From Bdellovibrionales bacterium (lineage in GTDB: Bacteria > Bdellovibrionota > Bdellovibrionia > Bdellovibrionales > UBA1609): a stretch of 32,000 nt of DNA. The translations under genes were made by a program, and so were the position numbers. The notes beneath the pieces were generated by a model. It had not been told where the DNA came from. It did no database searches and saw only the letters and a program-made list of their open reading frames with translations. Location: NCBI GenBank assembly GCA_963692945.1, contig OY843585.1, positions 150,001 to 182,000 of the forward strand, in the 5' to 3' direction. This document shows positions 8,974 to 18,743 of the stretch, piece after piece; position 1 is the first letter of the stretch, and every line of letters begins with the position of its first letter.

Positions 8974-10131
8974 TTAGAACAAAATGAGATATTGACCATA
9001 ACCTTCTACTGCCATTTTGTCTTTAGGAATAAATCTAAGAGAAGCCGAATTGATACAATAACGAAGATAAAAAGGAGCTGGTCCATCTTTAAAAAGATGC
9101 CCTAAGTGAGAATCTCCATATCTAGAACGAACTTCTGTTCTTACCATAAAAAAACTTCTATCCTCTTTCTTTACAACAAATTTTTCATCAATAGGCTTTG
9201 TAAAAGAAGGCCAGCCTGTTCTTGAGTCATATTTATCTACAGAACTAAATAGAGGTTCTCCAGAAACAATATCCACGTAAATTCCCTCTTCTTTTAAATC
9301 CCAGTATTCATTAGAAAACGCCCTTTCCGTTCCATCCTTTTGTGTCACTTTATATTGTAGTTTTGTTAATCGTGTTTTCAGTTCTGGCCCAGAAGGTTTC
9401 ACATAAGATTCAAACCCTTTATTTTCAACAACTTGTTGAGAGGTTTTTGTTTTTTTCAAATCATTTACTTTTTTTTTTGGCAAAGTCTTAAAATCTTTAA
9501 ATTTTTCCCAAGTTTTCTTTAAAAACTGGTCTCTACCTGAAGCCCGTCTATAGTATTTGTATTTAGCAGCACTTATCAAAGTTCTTTTATAGTAATTTTG
9601 ATGATATTTTTCGGCCTTATAAAAACGTTCAAAAGGACGAATATCAGTTACAATTTTATCTTTAAAAGGGCCTTTTTTTTGTAACTCTTTTTTAGACTGT
9701 AAAGCCTGCCTTTTTTGCTCCTCATTATGATAAAAAATAGCAGAAGAATATTGATGCCCTCTATCTACAAATTGCCCCTTAGCATCTGTTGGATCAATGA
9801 TCCTCCAAAAAATATCTAGAACTTGAGAGTAAGAGATTTTATTAGCATCATAGAGAACTTGTATTGTTTCTATGTGATTTGTAGTGCCACTTGAAACTTC
9901 TTTATAAGTAGGATTTTTTTCAGACCCTCCTGAATAACCTGAAGTCACTTCAATAACAGCTTCATATTTTTCAAAATCAGACTCCACACACCAAAAACAA
10001 CCTCCAGCAAGAGTTGCTGTTTCTAAAGAAGTTTTATTGTTCTTCATGGAATCCTCTTTAGTTTTAGCCATAGAAGTCATTGGATTAAAAATCATATTCA
10101 ATAGAAATAAAATGGTTAACTTTAAAGTCAT
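8974..10131 (-). CDS. msrAB: Exported bifunctional peptide-methionine sulfoxide reductase MsrA/MsrB
   Basis: N-terminal signal peptide, the MsrA motif GGCFWCVE and the MsrB C-terminal motif [11 protein letters not shown]. Confidence 0.9.
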   Translation of the reverse strand: MTLKLTILFLLNMIFNPMTSMAKTKEDSMKNNKTSLETATLAGGCFWCVESDFEKYEAVIEVTSGYSGGSEKNPTYKEVSSGTTNHIETIQVLYDANKISYSQVLDIFWRIIDPTDAKGQFVDRGHQYSSAIFYHNEEQKRQALQSKKELQKKGPFKDKIVTDIRPFERFYKAEKYHQNYYKRTLISAAKYKYYRRASGRDQFLKKTWEKFKDFKTLPKKKVNDLKKTKTSQQVVENKGFESYVKPSGPELKTRLTKLQYKVTQKDGTERAFSNEYWDLKEEGIYVDIVSGEPLFSSVDKYDSRTGWPSFTKPIDEKFVVKKEDRSFFMVRTEVRSRYGDSHLGHLFKDGPAPFYLRYCINSASLRFIPKDKMAVEGYGQYLILF

Positions 10132-10138
10132 AACAAAT

Positions 10139-11014
10139 TTATTTTATCAAAGTTTTTTTAACAAATCTATACAAAGTTTTATAAATAATCAAAATAAAAA
10201 CAGGAATCATCACATATAATAAAAATAGTCTTTTATCTGTCTCAAAATAGAGCTGATTTCCCAAAGATTTCTCCAACAAAATCCATACACCATATAAACT
10301 ACCTAATATAAGTCCTATAATAACTGCCAAAGATTCATCTAAGTGTTTTTTAAGTAACCTTTTTATTAAATGAACCATAGTAAAAAATCCCAGAATGATA
10401 CCTAAAAGAAAAAAGAAAATAGCAAAAAGATTAAATTCTTTTAAAACTTCTAAGGTGGTTTGATAAAGACCTAATAAAATAAGAATATAAGACCCTGAAA
10501 CTCCTGGAATAATTAAAGCCGTAGCTATTAAAAAACCTGTTGGCAAAAATAAAAAGGGAGTGATCTCTCTGTGAACAACAGGAGATTCTTTGAATATATA
10601 AAAACAAAGAAAATGCAGACAAAAAGAAAGTATCAACAAAGAAAAGGTTCTTGAATTTTTTTTCATCTTTTTAAAAGGACTATAGAGAGAAGCTATAACC
10701 AAACCAAAAATAAGCGTATAAAACTCTACAGAATATTCTTTCATAAGAGGTGGAGCTATAAAAACAAAAAGAGCAATGGCAACAATAGAACCCACAAATA
10801 ATGGAGTGATAAAAGACCAATCATAAACACTAATAAAAGAAGAAAAATTTTTGAAAAACTTTTCTTTTTTTAAGGTAAAAAGATTCAATAAATATTTAAC
10901 TTGTTGAAACCGAAGTTTTGCTATTTCATCTAGCAATTTTTCATAGATACCTAAAATAAAAGCCATCGTTCCTCCAGAAATTCCCGGCAAAACCATAGAA
11001 ACTCCTAAAAGCAT
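10139..11014 (-). CDS. DUF368 family polytopic membrane protein (the family recently linked to undecaprenyl-phosphate recycling, PopT)
   Basis: Duplicated PG(I/V)SGG/SGS motifs ([33 protein letters not shown]) and multiple TM helices. Confidence 0.75.
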   Translation of the reverse strand: MLLGVSMVLPGISGGTMAFILGIYEKLLDEIAKLRFQQVKYLLNLFTLKKEKFFKNFSSFISVYDWSFITPLFVGSIVAIALFVFIAPPLMKEYSVEFYTLIFGLVIASLYSPFKKMKKNSRTFSLLILSFCLHFLCFYIFKESPVVHREITPFLFLPTGFLIATALIIPGVSGSYILILLGLYQTTLEVLKEFNLFAIFFFLLGIILGFFTMVHLIKRLLKKHLDESLAVIIGLILGSLYGVWILLEKSLGNQLYFETDKRLFLLYVMIPVFILIIYKTLYRFVKKTLIK

Positions 11015-11062
11015 TCCTTTTAAAAATAAAATAGCTAACTTTTTAATGGATAACTCCTAAAT

Positions 11063-11662
11063 TTATAATAACATCTCACCTGAAATAATTTGAAGAATTG
11101 TTTTAAAATAAACTTCCTTTTCTATTTTTTTAACCTTTTCTTCTAAATCAGAAGCCTTCTCCCCTTTTTCCACTCTTATAATTTCTTCTTTTAAAATTCT
11201 ACCTTCATCGTAATTTTCATTAACCAAATGTATGGTAACCCCTGTTTCCTTCTTATTTTCATCAATGACGGCTTGATGTATGTGAGAACCGTACCTACCT
11301 AAGCCTGAAAAATCACGGACAAGAGCGGGGTGAGAGTTAATGATTTTATTTTCAAACTTACTTAAAGTTTGAGGTCCAATTTTTTTTAAAAATCCAGCGA
11401 GTAAAATCAATTCAGGTTGATAATTCAAAAGAATCTGACAAAGTTTTGAATCCCAGTCCTCTTTTTCTACTTCCTTAAAAGGAATAATACAACAGGGAAT
11501 ATGAAATTTTTTTGCAACAGAAACAACATTGGCTTTAGGATTATCTGTAATGATAGCCGCAATGTTTGCTGGTAATTCTTCAGATTTCATTTTTCTACAA
11601 AAGAAATCAATAGTAGATCCCGCACCAGAACCTAACATGACAATAGAATATTTTTTACTCAT
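11063..11662 (-). CDS. purN: Phosphoribosylglycinamide formyltransferase
   Basis: VMLGSGAGST, LILLAGFLKKI, NSHPAL and TGVTIHLV..EYDEG-like motifs of formyltransferases; 199 aa. Confidence 0.8.
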   Translation of the reverse strand: MSKKYSIVMLGSGAGSTIDFFCRKMKSEELPANIAAIITDNPKANVVSVAKKFHIPCCIIPFKEVEKEDWDSKLCQILLNYQPELILLAGFLKKIGPQTLSKFENKIINSHPALVRDFSGLGRYGSHIHQAVIDENKKETGVTIHLVNENYDEGRILKEEIIRVEKGEKASDLEEKVKKIEKEVYFKTILQIISGEMLL

Positions 11663-12560
11663 AAACTAAATAAAAAAACCACTTATCCATAATAGGCACA
11701 GACAAATAAACTATAATACTTAAGTTGATCCATAAAAAAAATCTTAACCATTTTGTTTGATGATTCAAATAATGATAAAATTCATAAATGATTTTTAAAA
11801 CGAGAGGGCATAGAAGAAAAATATACATCAAACCGGCTCTCAAAAATAATGGAGAGATGAGAGCTAAACCTACATAAGCAAGCATATAAAAACCCATTTC
11901 ATAAATGGTTTTTTGAAATCCATAAATGACAGGTAAAACAGGAACCCCTGCTTGATTGTAATCTTCTTTATATCGGATGGCTAAGCTCCAAAAATGTGGC
12001 ATTTGCCACAGAAACATAAGTAAAAAAAGATACACACATTCTGTTGAAAAAAGATTGTTGTTTGAAAGAGAGTATCCAATAACAGGAGGTAAGGCACCAG
12101 GGATAGCACCAAAAACAGCTCCATGACTAAGTCGTTTCTTCCAAAAAAGAGTGTAAAAAACATTGTATAAAAAAACGGTCAAGAGAGCTAAAAAAGATGT
12201 TAAAGGTTTTAATAGAAATAATAAAAAACCACCAAAAACAATCATGGTAAAAGCCAAGACATAACCTTGAAGAGGAGATAAACTTCCTCTTGCAATCGGT
12301 CTCCTTTTGGTTCTTTCCATTTTCTGATCCAATCTCCATTCTTGAGATTGATTCAATACAAAACTTCCACTAGAAACAAGATAAAGACCTACAAGGAAAA
12401 AAAGAAAAATCTCTGTAGAAAAAATGGAAATCTCATTTAAAGATAAAAAATAGCCTGCACTGGCTGTTAATAAAACAAAGATAACTATGCCAAATTTAGT
12501 TATTCTTATAAAATCTTTTAGTAAATGTTTCATAATTTTTTTAAAACTAACTTGTCCCAT
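11655..12560 (-). CDS. ctaB: Protoheme IX farnesyltransferase (heme O synthase)
   Basis: UbiA-type polytopic protein (NQSQEWRLD...RTKRRP) sitting directly downstream of the oxidase genes. Confidence 0.85.
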   Translation of the reverse strand: MGQVSFKKIMKHLLKDFIRITKFGIVIFVLLTASAGYFLSLNEISIFSTEIFLFFLVGLYLVSSGSFVLNQSQEWRLDQKMERTKRRPIARGSLSPLQGYVLAFTMIVFGGFLLFLLKPLTSFLALLTVFLYNVFYTLFWKKRLSHGAVFGAIPGALPPVIGYSLSNNNLFSTECVYLFLLMFLWQMPHFWSLAIRYKEDYNQAGVPVLPVIYGFQKTIYEMGFYMLAYVGLALISPLFLRAGLMYIFLLCPLVLKIIYEFYHYLNHQTKWLRFFLWINLSIIVYLSVPIMDKWFFYLVYE

Positions 12561-12691
12561 AAATATCTTTATCCTGTCAAACGATAAAACTCATTACCCT
12601 TTTACCACACTCTAGCTGTCCAACAGATTTTAAATAATACTAAAAAACACTCTGACTGAACTTTATGAACCCATGAAGTAAAATCTTCAAA

Positions 12692-12991
12692 TCAAAGAGT
12701 GTTTACTTCTAAAACACGAGTGGCTATATCTATTTCTGAAAGAAGAAAAAAAAGAATCAAAAAAAACACAGAACTTCCAAAAACAACCCAATAAGATTTA
12801 TCATCATATTTTAAATGCATAAAATACAATAAAACGAGCATTCCTTTAATAGTGGCAATCAACATAGCTATAAAAGTGTTAAGCATCCCAAAATCTACTA
12901 AAGAGACTCCTAAGGTCAGTGCTGTAAGGACAAGAAGAAGGATTAAAATCCTCAAATATCCTTTAAAACCAATGGTATGTTCTTGTGACAT
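12692..12991 (-). CDS. Cytochrome c oxidase subunit IV (small prokaryotic type)
   Basis: 99-aa protein with three TM helices, positioned immediately after subunit III. Confidence 0.6.
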   Translation of the reverse strand: MSQEHTIGFKGYLRILILLLVLTALTLGVSLVDFGMLNTFIAMLIATIKGMLVLLYFMHLKYDDKSYWVVFGSSVFFLILFFLLSEIDIATRVLEVNTL

Positions 12992-12994
12992 AAT

Positions 12995-13642
12995 TTACTC
13001 CACCAAATATAATAAAGGAAACAAATAAATCCAAATTAAATCAACCAAATGCCAAAATAAACCCACATACTCTAAAGGAACATAATGTTTAGGTCCTATC
13101 TGTTTTTTAAAAGTTTTATAAAGCATCCAGCCAATTAAAACCAACCCGATAATAACATGGCTAGCATGCAATCCTGTCATTAAATAATAAAAAGAAAAAT
13201 AAAGAGGTAACCCTTCCACAAAACCTTCCCCTGTATAAGTGAAAAATTTTCCAGGCAAAATACCAACATGCATTTTATGAGAATACTCTAAGTATTTAAT
13301 GAACATAAAAAGCAAGCCACACAAAATAGTTATAACAAGAGCTTGTTGACATTTTTTCATTTGATTTTTTTGAGCATAATAAATGCTGATGGCCATTGTG
13401 AAAGAACTCACAAGAAGAACGACCGTATTGATAGCTCCTTTTTTCCAATCCAAAAAGTAAGCACCCGCTTTAAAAATATCAGGATACTCTACACTATAAA
13501 TAACATAGCCTACAAACAAACCACCAAACATAAGAATCTCTGTTGCAAGAAATAACCATACACCAAGTTTTCCAGCAGAAGCTTGCTGTTCATAATTATC
13601 AAAATGATGAGCTAAGGGTTGGTAATCCGAATTTTTACTCAT
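12995..13642 (-). CDS. ctaE: Cytochrome c oxidase subunit III
   Basis: Heme-copper oxidase subunit III pattern (FFATGFHG-like [19 protein letters not shown]). The start is either the ATG at 13642 or the GTG at 13648. Confidence 0.85.
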   Translation of the reverse strand: MSKNSDYQPLAHHFDNYEQQASAGKLGVWLFLATEILMFGGLFVGYVIYSVEYPDIFKAGAYFLDWKKGAINTVVLLVSSFTMAISIYYAQKNQMKKCQQALVITILCGLLFMFIKYLEYSHKMHVGILPGKFFTYTGEGFVEGLPLYFSFYYLMTGLHASHVIIGLVLIGWMLYKTFKKQIGPKHYVPLEYVGLFWHLVDLIWIYLFPLLYLVE

Positions 13643-15206
13643 AAACACCTTTTGTAACTTTTGGAGTCGTTAAAAAATTTTCATGAGGAGGTGGAGAGGA
13701 AGTTTGCCACTCTAAAGTTTTTGCTCCCCAAGGATTATCTCCCGCTATAGGTCCTTTAAAGATACCTTTTAATAAAGTAACCAAAGCAATAATAAATCCT
13801 ATGGTTATCAACCAAGAGCCTACTGTAGAAACTTGATTTAAAGATTCATAAGGAGCTATATAATCTGCATAGCGACGAGGCATTCCTGAAAAACCTAAAA
13901 TAAATTGAGGAAAAAAAGTGACATTGAAACCTAAAAAAATAAAACCAAAACTGATTCTTCCTAAAAACTCATTATACATACGACCAAACATTTTAGGAAA
14001 CCAGTAGAAAAAACCACCCATGATTCCCATAATACTTCCACCAACCATGACATAGTGAAAATGAGCCACCACAAAATAGGTGTCATGAAAATGCACATCT
14101 AAAGCGATAGTCGCTAGCATAACTCCCGTCACCCCTCCTATTAAAAATAAAAACAAAAATCCCATAGCAAAAAGAAGAGGAGTATCAAATTTAATAGAAC
14201 CTTTATAGAGGGTACTAACCCAGTTAAATATTTTTACAGCTGTAGGCACACCTACAAGCATAGTCAAACCCGAAAAAATAATATTAGCCCACTCCGATTG
14301 ACCACTAACAAACATATGATGTCCCCATACAAAAAAACTCAAAGCAGCAATACTCAAACTTGCAAATACAATAGCCTTATAACCAAAGATTTTTTGTCTA
14401 GAAAAAGCAGCAATCAATTCACTGACAACACCCATCGCTGGTAAAATCATAATATACACAGCGGGATGAGAGTAAAACCAAAAGAAATGTTGAAAAAGAA
14501 CAGGGTCTCCTCCACTTTGTGGATCAAAAATTCCAACACCTAAAACTCTCTCTGCAATTAACAATAATAAAGTGATGGCTAAAACAGGAGTGGCTAAAAC
14601 TTGGATGATCGCTGTTGAGTAAAGAGACCAAACAAAAAGAGGCATACGAAAAAAATGCATACCAGGAGCCCTTAACTTATGAATAGTGACAATAAAATTA
14701 AGTCCTGTCAAAATAGAGGAAAATCCCATAACAAAAGCACCCAAAACAACAGGCACAACAGCTGTATTAGATTCAATGCTATAAGGAGTATAGAAAGTCC
14801 AACCTGTATCAACTCCTCCTAAGAAAAGAGATATCAAAGCAATACCTGCCCCTATAATTAAACAATACCAACTCAAAAGGTTAAGTCTTGGAAAAGCAAC
14901 ATCCTTAGCTCCAATTTGAAGAGGCAAAACAAAATTTCCTAAGAAAGCAGGTATCCCAGGAATAATCACCATAAAAACCATAATAGCACCATGATAGGTC
15001 ATAATGTGGTTATATAAGTTGGAGTTCATAATCGTTTCACCAATACTAAAAAGTTCAATTCGCATTAAGAGAGCAAAAACTCCCCCCACAAAAAAGAAAG
15101 AAAAAACTGTGATCATATACAAAATACCAATTCTCTTGTGATCCAAAGTAAAAAGCCACGAAGCTATTCCTTTTTGCCAATTTAAATAATTTTTTCCAGT
15201 AGCCAT
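13635..15206 (-). CDS. ctaD: Cytochrome c oxidase subunit I
   Basis: 523 aa with the canonical WFFGHPEVY-like [15 protein letters not shown] and HFHYV histidine ligands. Confidence 0.95.
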   Translation of the reverse strand: MATGKNYLNWQKGIASWLFTLDHKRIGILYMITVFSFFFVGGVFALLMRIELFSIGETIMNSNLYNHIMTYHGAIMVFMVIIPGIPAFLGNFVLPLQIGAKDVAFPRLNLLSWYCLIIGAGIALISLFLGGVDTGWTFYTPYSIESNTAVVPVVLGAFVMGFSSILTGLNFIVTIHKLRAPGMHFFRMPLFVWSLYSTAIIQVLATPVLAITLLLLIAERVLGVGIFDPQSGGDPVLFQHFFWFYSHPAVYIMILPAMGVVSELIAAFSRQKIFGYKAIVFASLSIAALSFFVWGHHMFVSGQSEWANIIFSGLTMLVGVPTAVKIFNWVSTLYKGSIKFDTPLLFAMGFLFLFLIGGVTGVMLATIALDVHFHDTYFVVAHFHYVMVGGSIMGIMGGFFYWFPKMFGRMYNEFLGRISFGFIFLGFNVTFFPQFILGFSGMPRRYADYIAPYESLNQVSTVGSWLITIGFIIALVTLLKGIFKGPIAGDNPWGAKTLEWQTSSPPPHENFLTTPKVTKGVYE

Positions 15207-15224
15207 AAAAAACCTCTTTTCTTT

Positions 15225-16181
15225 TTACTTTAAAGTCTTAATGTATTCAATTAAACCAGACAGTTCTTCTTCCGACAAAATTCCAACAAAAGGAGTCATT
15301 TGATCAGGATACCCTGATACAATTTGAGCCGAAGGATTTAAAATAGACTCTCTTATATAATTTTCATCAGCAATAACATTCTTTCCACTCACTAACAATC
15401 TTTGAGCCTTAAAGAGATCAGCTAAACCAGGGCCAATCTTTTTTTCTTTTGTAATAGTATGACAAGCCGTACAACGACCTTGAAAAGTTTTTTCCCCGAT
15501 TTGAGATAAAGTTAATCCTTTATAAGGGTCCTTTCGTAGCCACTCTTCCCAAACTTCTAAAGACATCACATTGATTTTTGCCAACATAGTAGAATGACCT
15601 GTTCCACATAGTTCTGTACAAAAAACATTGAACTGACCTTTCTGATTCGCTTTAAACCAAAGAGAAGTGTACATTCCTGGAACGACATCCTGTTTTATTC
15701 TAAAAGATGGAATAGAAAAACTATGAATGACATCTCTTGAAGTCATTATCAGTTTTACGGGTTTCCCTACTGGAACATACAATTCATTGGTCGTTTTTCG
15801 TCCATTTTTATACACAAAACCCCAACTCCATTTTTGACCGTAAACATGAATCTCTAAACTATTTGCTGGAGCCGTTTTTAAATCACTATAAAGCAACCAT
15901 CCCCAAACAAAAGCCACCATAAAAATAACAAAAGGAATGAAACTCCAAGAAAATTCTAAAATAGAATTATGTAAGGTTTTTGCATGACCTTCTTCAAGGT
16001 CTGACTTTCTACGATAACGAATGGCAAAATAAATAAAACCAAAAGTTATCAGCAAACAAAACACAACACTTATTCCTATTAAGAACTGATTGAGTTGATC
16101 GAGTTGATGAGCATAGTCTGTAACAGCAGTTGTCTCACTCTGTCCAAAACTTAAGCCTGAAAATAAAAATAACTTCAACAT
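15225..16181 (-). CDS. ctaC: Cytochrome c oxidase subunit II with a fused C-terminal cytochrome c domain (caa3 type)
   Basis: CuA site HSFSIP...CTELCGTGHSTM plus the heme-binding motif CTACHT. Confidence 0.9.
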   Translation of the reverse strand: MLKLFLFSGLSFGQSETTAVTDYAHQLDQLNQFLIGISVVFCLLITFGFIYFAIRYRRKSDLEEGHAKTLHNSILEFSWSFIPFVIFMVAFVWGWLLYSDLKTAPANSLEIHVYGQKWSWGFVYKNGRKTTNELYVPVGKPVKLIMTSRDVIHSFSIPSFRIKQDVVPGMYTSLWFKANQKGQFNVFCTELCGTGHSTMLAKINVMSLEVWEEWLRKDPYKGLTLSQIGEKTFQGRCTACHTITKEKKIGPGLADLFKAQRLLVSGKNVIADENYIRESILNPSAQIVSGYPDQMTPFVGILSEEELSGLIEYIKTLK

Positions 16182-17012
16182 TTAAATTTTACCTTTTTTT
16201 TCTTTCATCCAAAACGATACTAAAAAAAATAGTAACAACATCACTGTTAAAGCTCCACCCAGTCGCATTATATTGTAAGCATAGAGGGTGTAGCGATTCT
16301 TACCAGAATTAAACCGATAACAAAAAAGTAATATTCGATCAACGATATTTCCTATTTTTCCTTGCCCTGCCTCAATAAGAGCCATTTTGAGAGTTGAGGA
16401 ATCAAACTCAACACCATACAAGTAGCGAGAAATCAAAGATTGCGGACTCAACACATAAGCCACAGGAGAATGAGCAAATTGCTCCGTCTCTTCATCCCAA
16501 CGAAAAGAAAAACCTAATTGACTTGCAAGTTTTTGAATAGAACCTTCTGAACCCGTTAAAAAATGCACCCCTTGATTAAAATCTGTAAATTTTTTCAAAT
16601 AATTATTTTTTTTCTTTTTGGCTAAAGAAGGTTTTTCTGAGGCATCCATACTCACAACCACCAGTTGATAATCTTGACCTGACTTCAAAGAGATTTTTTC
16701 AAGTCCTTTAAATAAACCATTAAGATGGAAATTACAAAGACTTGGACAGTTATAATAAATAATCGTCATTAAAACAGGAGATTGATAAAAGTAATCCTTT
16801 AAAAAAACAGATTCTGATTCTTCATTAAGAAAAGATAAATTAAGATCAATGACTTTCCCTAAATTTTCTTTAATTCCTAAATTTTCTAAATCTTTAGGCA
16901 CTTCATGAGCTACATAATTATCTGATCTTTCATAGGAAAAAGAAAAAAAACAAAAAAAGATTAAAAAAAGATTAAGGAGCTTGTTTTCCAAATTCTTCCA
17001 GTTCTTTCCCAT
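16182..17012 (-). CDS. SCO1/SenC copper chaperone
   Basis: Membrane anchor plus the CPSLC thioredoxin-like copper motif. Its stop abuts the ctaC ATG (TAAATG). Confidence 0.8.
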   Translation of the reverse strand: MGKNWKNLENKLLNLFLIFFCFFSFSYERSDNYVAHEVPKDLENLGIKENLGKVIDLNLSFLNEESESVFLKDYFYQSPVLMTIIYYNCPSLCNFHLNGLFKGLEKISLKSGQDYQLVVVSMDASEKPSLAKKKKNNYLKKFTDFNQGVHFLTGSEGSIQKLASQLGFSFRWDEETEQFAHSPVAYVLSPQSLISRYLYGVEFDSSTLKMALIEAGQGKIGNIVDRILLFCYRFNSGKNRYTLYAYNIMRLGGALTVMLLLFFLVSFWMKEKKGKI

Positions 17013-17496
17013 TATCAGATACCTTATTTTTAGTAATGGAACGAATATAGTGAACCAAAGCCCATCTATCTATTTTTGGAAGATGCCGAAAAGACACCAT
17101 AGAAGAACCTGCTATACCTTTTTCTAAAGTTACAAAAAGATCTTTAGAAGAACCACCTTTTGTCCATTTTCCTTCTACAAGATTTCTAGGTGGAGGTATA
17201 AGCCCTGGTGTTCCATCACCTAATCCTTTAGCTCCATGACATAAAGCACATTGTGCTTTATAAATTTTAGATCCATGAGCCACTAAGTTTTCATTTGAAA
17301 GCCAAGGTTTTTCTTGCTCTTCTTTAGTCCATTCTCCCTCCTGAGCCATTTGAACAGCCGGCTCATTAGAGATCTCCCCTAAATCAATAAAATTATTGAT
17401 AAAAAGATAATAAGAAACCCATAAAATACTAAAAATTGTAGTACCTAGAAAAAAATACAAACCAAATCTATTGTAGGAGTTATTTGATGGTTTCAT
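16972..17496 (-). CDS. Membrane-anchored monoheme c-type cytochrome
   Basis: N-terminal TM helix and a single CALCHG heme motif; it sits first in the oxidase gene string. Confidence 0.75.
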   Translation of the reverse strand: MKPSNNSYNRFGLYFFLGTTIFSILWVSYYLFINNFIDLGEISNEPAVQMAQEGEWTKEEQEKPWLSNENLVAHGSKIYKAQCALCHGAKGLGDGTPGLIPPPRNLVEGKWTKGGSSKDLFVTLEKGIAGSSMVSFRHLPKIDRWALVHYIRSITKNKVSDNGKELEEFGKQAP

Positions 17497-17611
17497 TAAG
17501 ACAATCCATAGCCTTTAAGCCTTTTAAGGTCAAGCTTTTGATTTTAAGACTTTTGTCGTGAAACAAGAAAAGCGGACCACTAATTTAGACAGAACTAGAT
17601 ACAATAAATCT

Positions 17612-17968
17612 ATGTTTTTAAGTTTAAAAATTCTTCTCCTTTTTTTTCTCTTATCTATTATAAATTGCACCCACCTACATGAAAAAATTAACAATCTTCC
17701 ATACAACACCTCTAAATCAGATGTCTTAGATGATCTTGGTCGCCCCTTTCAAATTAAAAGAATGAGAGGTTTTGATTATTGGATTTATAAATTTAAACTC
17801 AATGGCCAAGAGTACACAAAAGCTATTCTATTTAAAGAAGGATATTTTTTAAAGAGTACAAAAAAACAACCTTATCCCAATCCAGAAAATCTTTTAGAGG
17901 CCGCTGAAAATTTTGAAGAATATAAAGAAGCTGTAAAACTTATTAAAAAAAATCGGAGGAAAAGATAA
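17612..17968 (+). CDS. Small lipoprotein, BamE (SmpA/OmlA)-like
   Basis: Lipobox LSIINC after a hydrophobic leader. DVLDDLGRPF....WIYKF resembles BamE. I chose the ATG at 17612; the longest ORF starts at the GTG at 17558. Confidence 0.45.
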   Translation: MFLSLKILLLFFLLSIINCTHLHEKINNLPYNTSKSDVLDDLGRPFQIKRMRGFDYWIYKFKLNGQEYTKAILFKEGYFLKSTKKQPYPNPENLLEAAENFEEYKEAVKLIKKNRRKR

Positions 17969-17980
17969 CCGTTTTTTCTA

Positions 17981-18742
17981 TTAAGTCTTATCCATAATTA
18001 AATGTTGTTTCCAAAATATTTTTATAGGTAACCCTATTAAAGCTTTAACAATGATATGAACTTTCACTGGAGATATTTCAGAAATTTTTAAGACCCCATC
18101 TTCAATAAGAAGACGGTTTTTTTCAGGGTCTATTTTAAGAGCCTCATCCTCTAAAATCCTTTCCAACTCTTTATGAACTTCTTTTGAATTGATTTCACTT
18201 AAAATTAAATCATAATAAAAAACACCCTCTTCTCCTAAGCTGTGTTGATTCCCATATTCTGTAACTTCAGAAAAATTTTCAAGAGATTGATCTGCTTCTC
18301 TAGTCTCCAAATTTTCTTCTGACTCTTTTTCTGGTTCTTCTATCTGCTCCTCCAGTTCTTGTTCCTGTGGCTCCTCGGAAGCCTGATCAGAAAGCACATC
18401 TTCTTCTAGATTCTCTTCAGGAACAAAAGGGTCAGGAGATTCCTCTTGTGGCTCAGAATTAGAAGAGGAATCCAAACTCTCTTCTGAAATAGAAAGTTCA
18501 GGAACTTCTGTAACTTCTAATGGTTCTGCCTCTTCTTGAGATTCAGAAACAAGCTCTTCATCTTGAGATTCAGAAACAACTTCTTCTTCACCCTCTCGCT
18601 TTAAAGACCCTTCACTTAAAACCTCGCACTTCCCTTCTTTAAAAAAAAGACTGGAGTGACAATGATCACAATCATAGTAAAAATCTACTTGAATATCTTT
18701 TTCAGACAATTCAAAATCTTGATTACAAACTGGACATTTCAT
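17981..18742 (-). CDS. Zinc-ribbon protein with a long Glu/Ser-rich acidic linker and a conserved-looking C-terminal domain
   Basis: N-terminus MKCPVCNQ...CDHCHS (CxxC...CxxC). The start is coupled to the secA stop (TAA-T-ATG). Confidence 0.6.
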   Translation of the reverse strand: MKCPVCNQDFELSEKDIQVDFYYDCDHCHSSLFFKEGKCEVLSEGSLKREGEEEVVSESQDEELVSESQEEAEPLEVTEVPELSISEESLDSSSNSEPQEESPDPFVPEENLEEDVLSDQASEEPQEQELEEQIEEPEKESEENLETREADQSLENFSEVTEYGNQHSLGEEGVFYYDLILSEINSKEVHKELERILEDEALKIDPEKNRLLIEDGVLKISEISPVKVHIIVKALIGLPIKIFWKQHLIMDKT

Positions 18743-18743
18743 A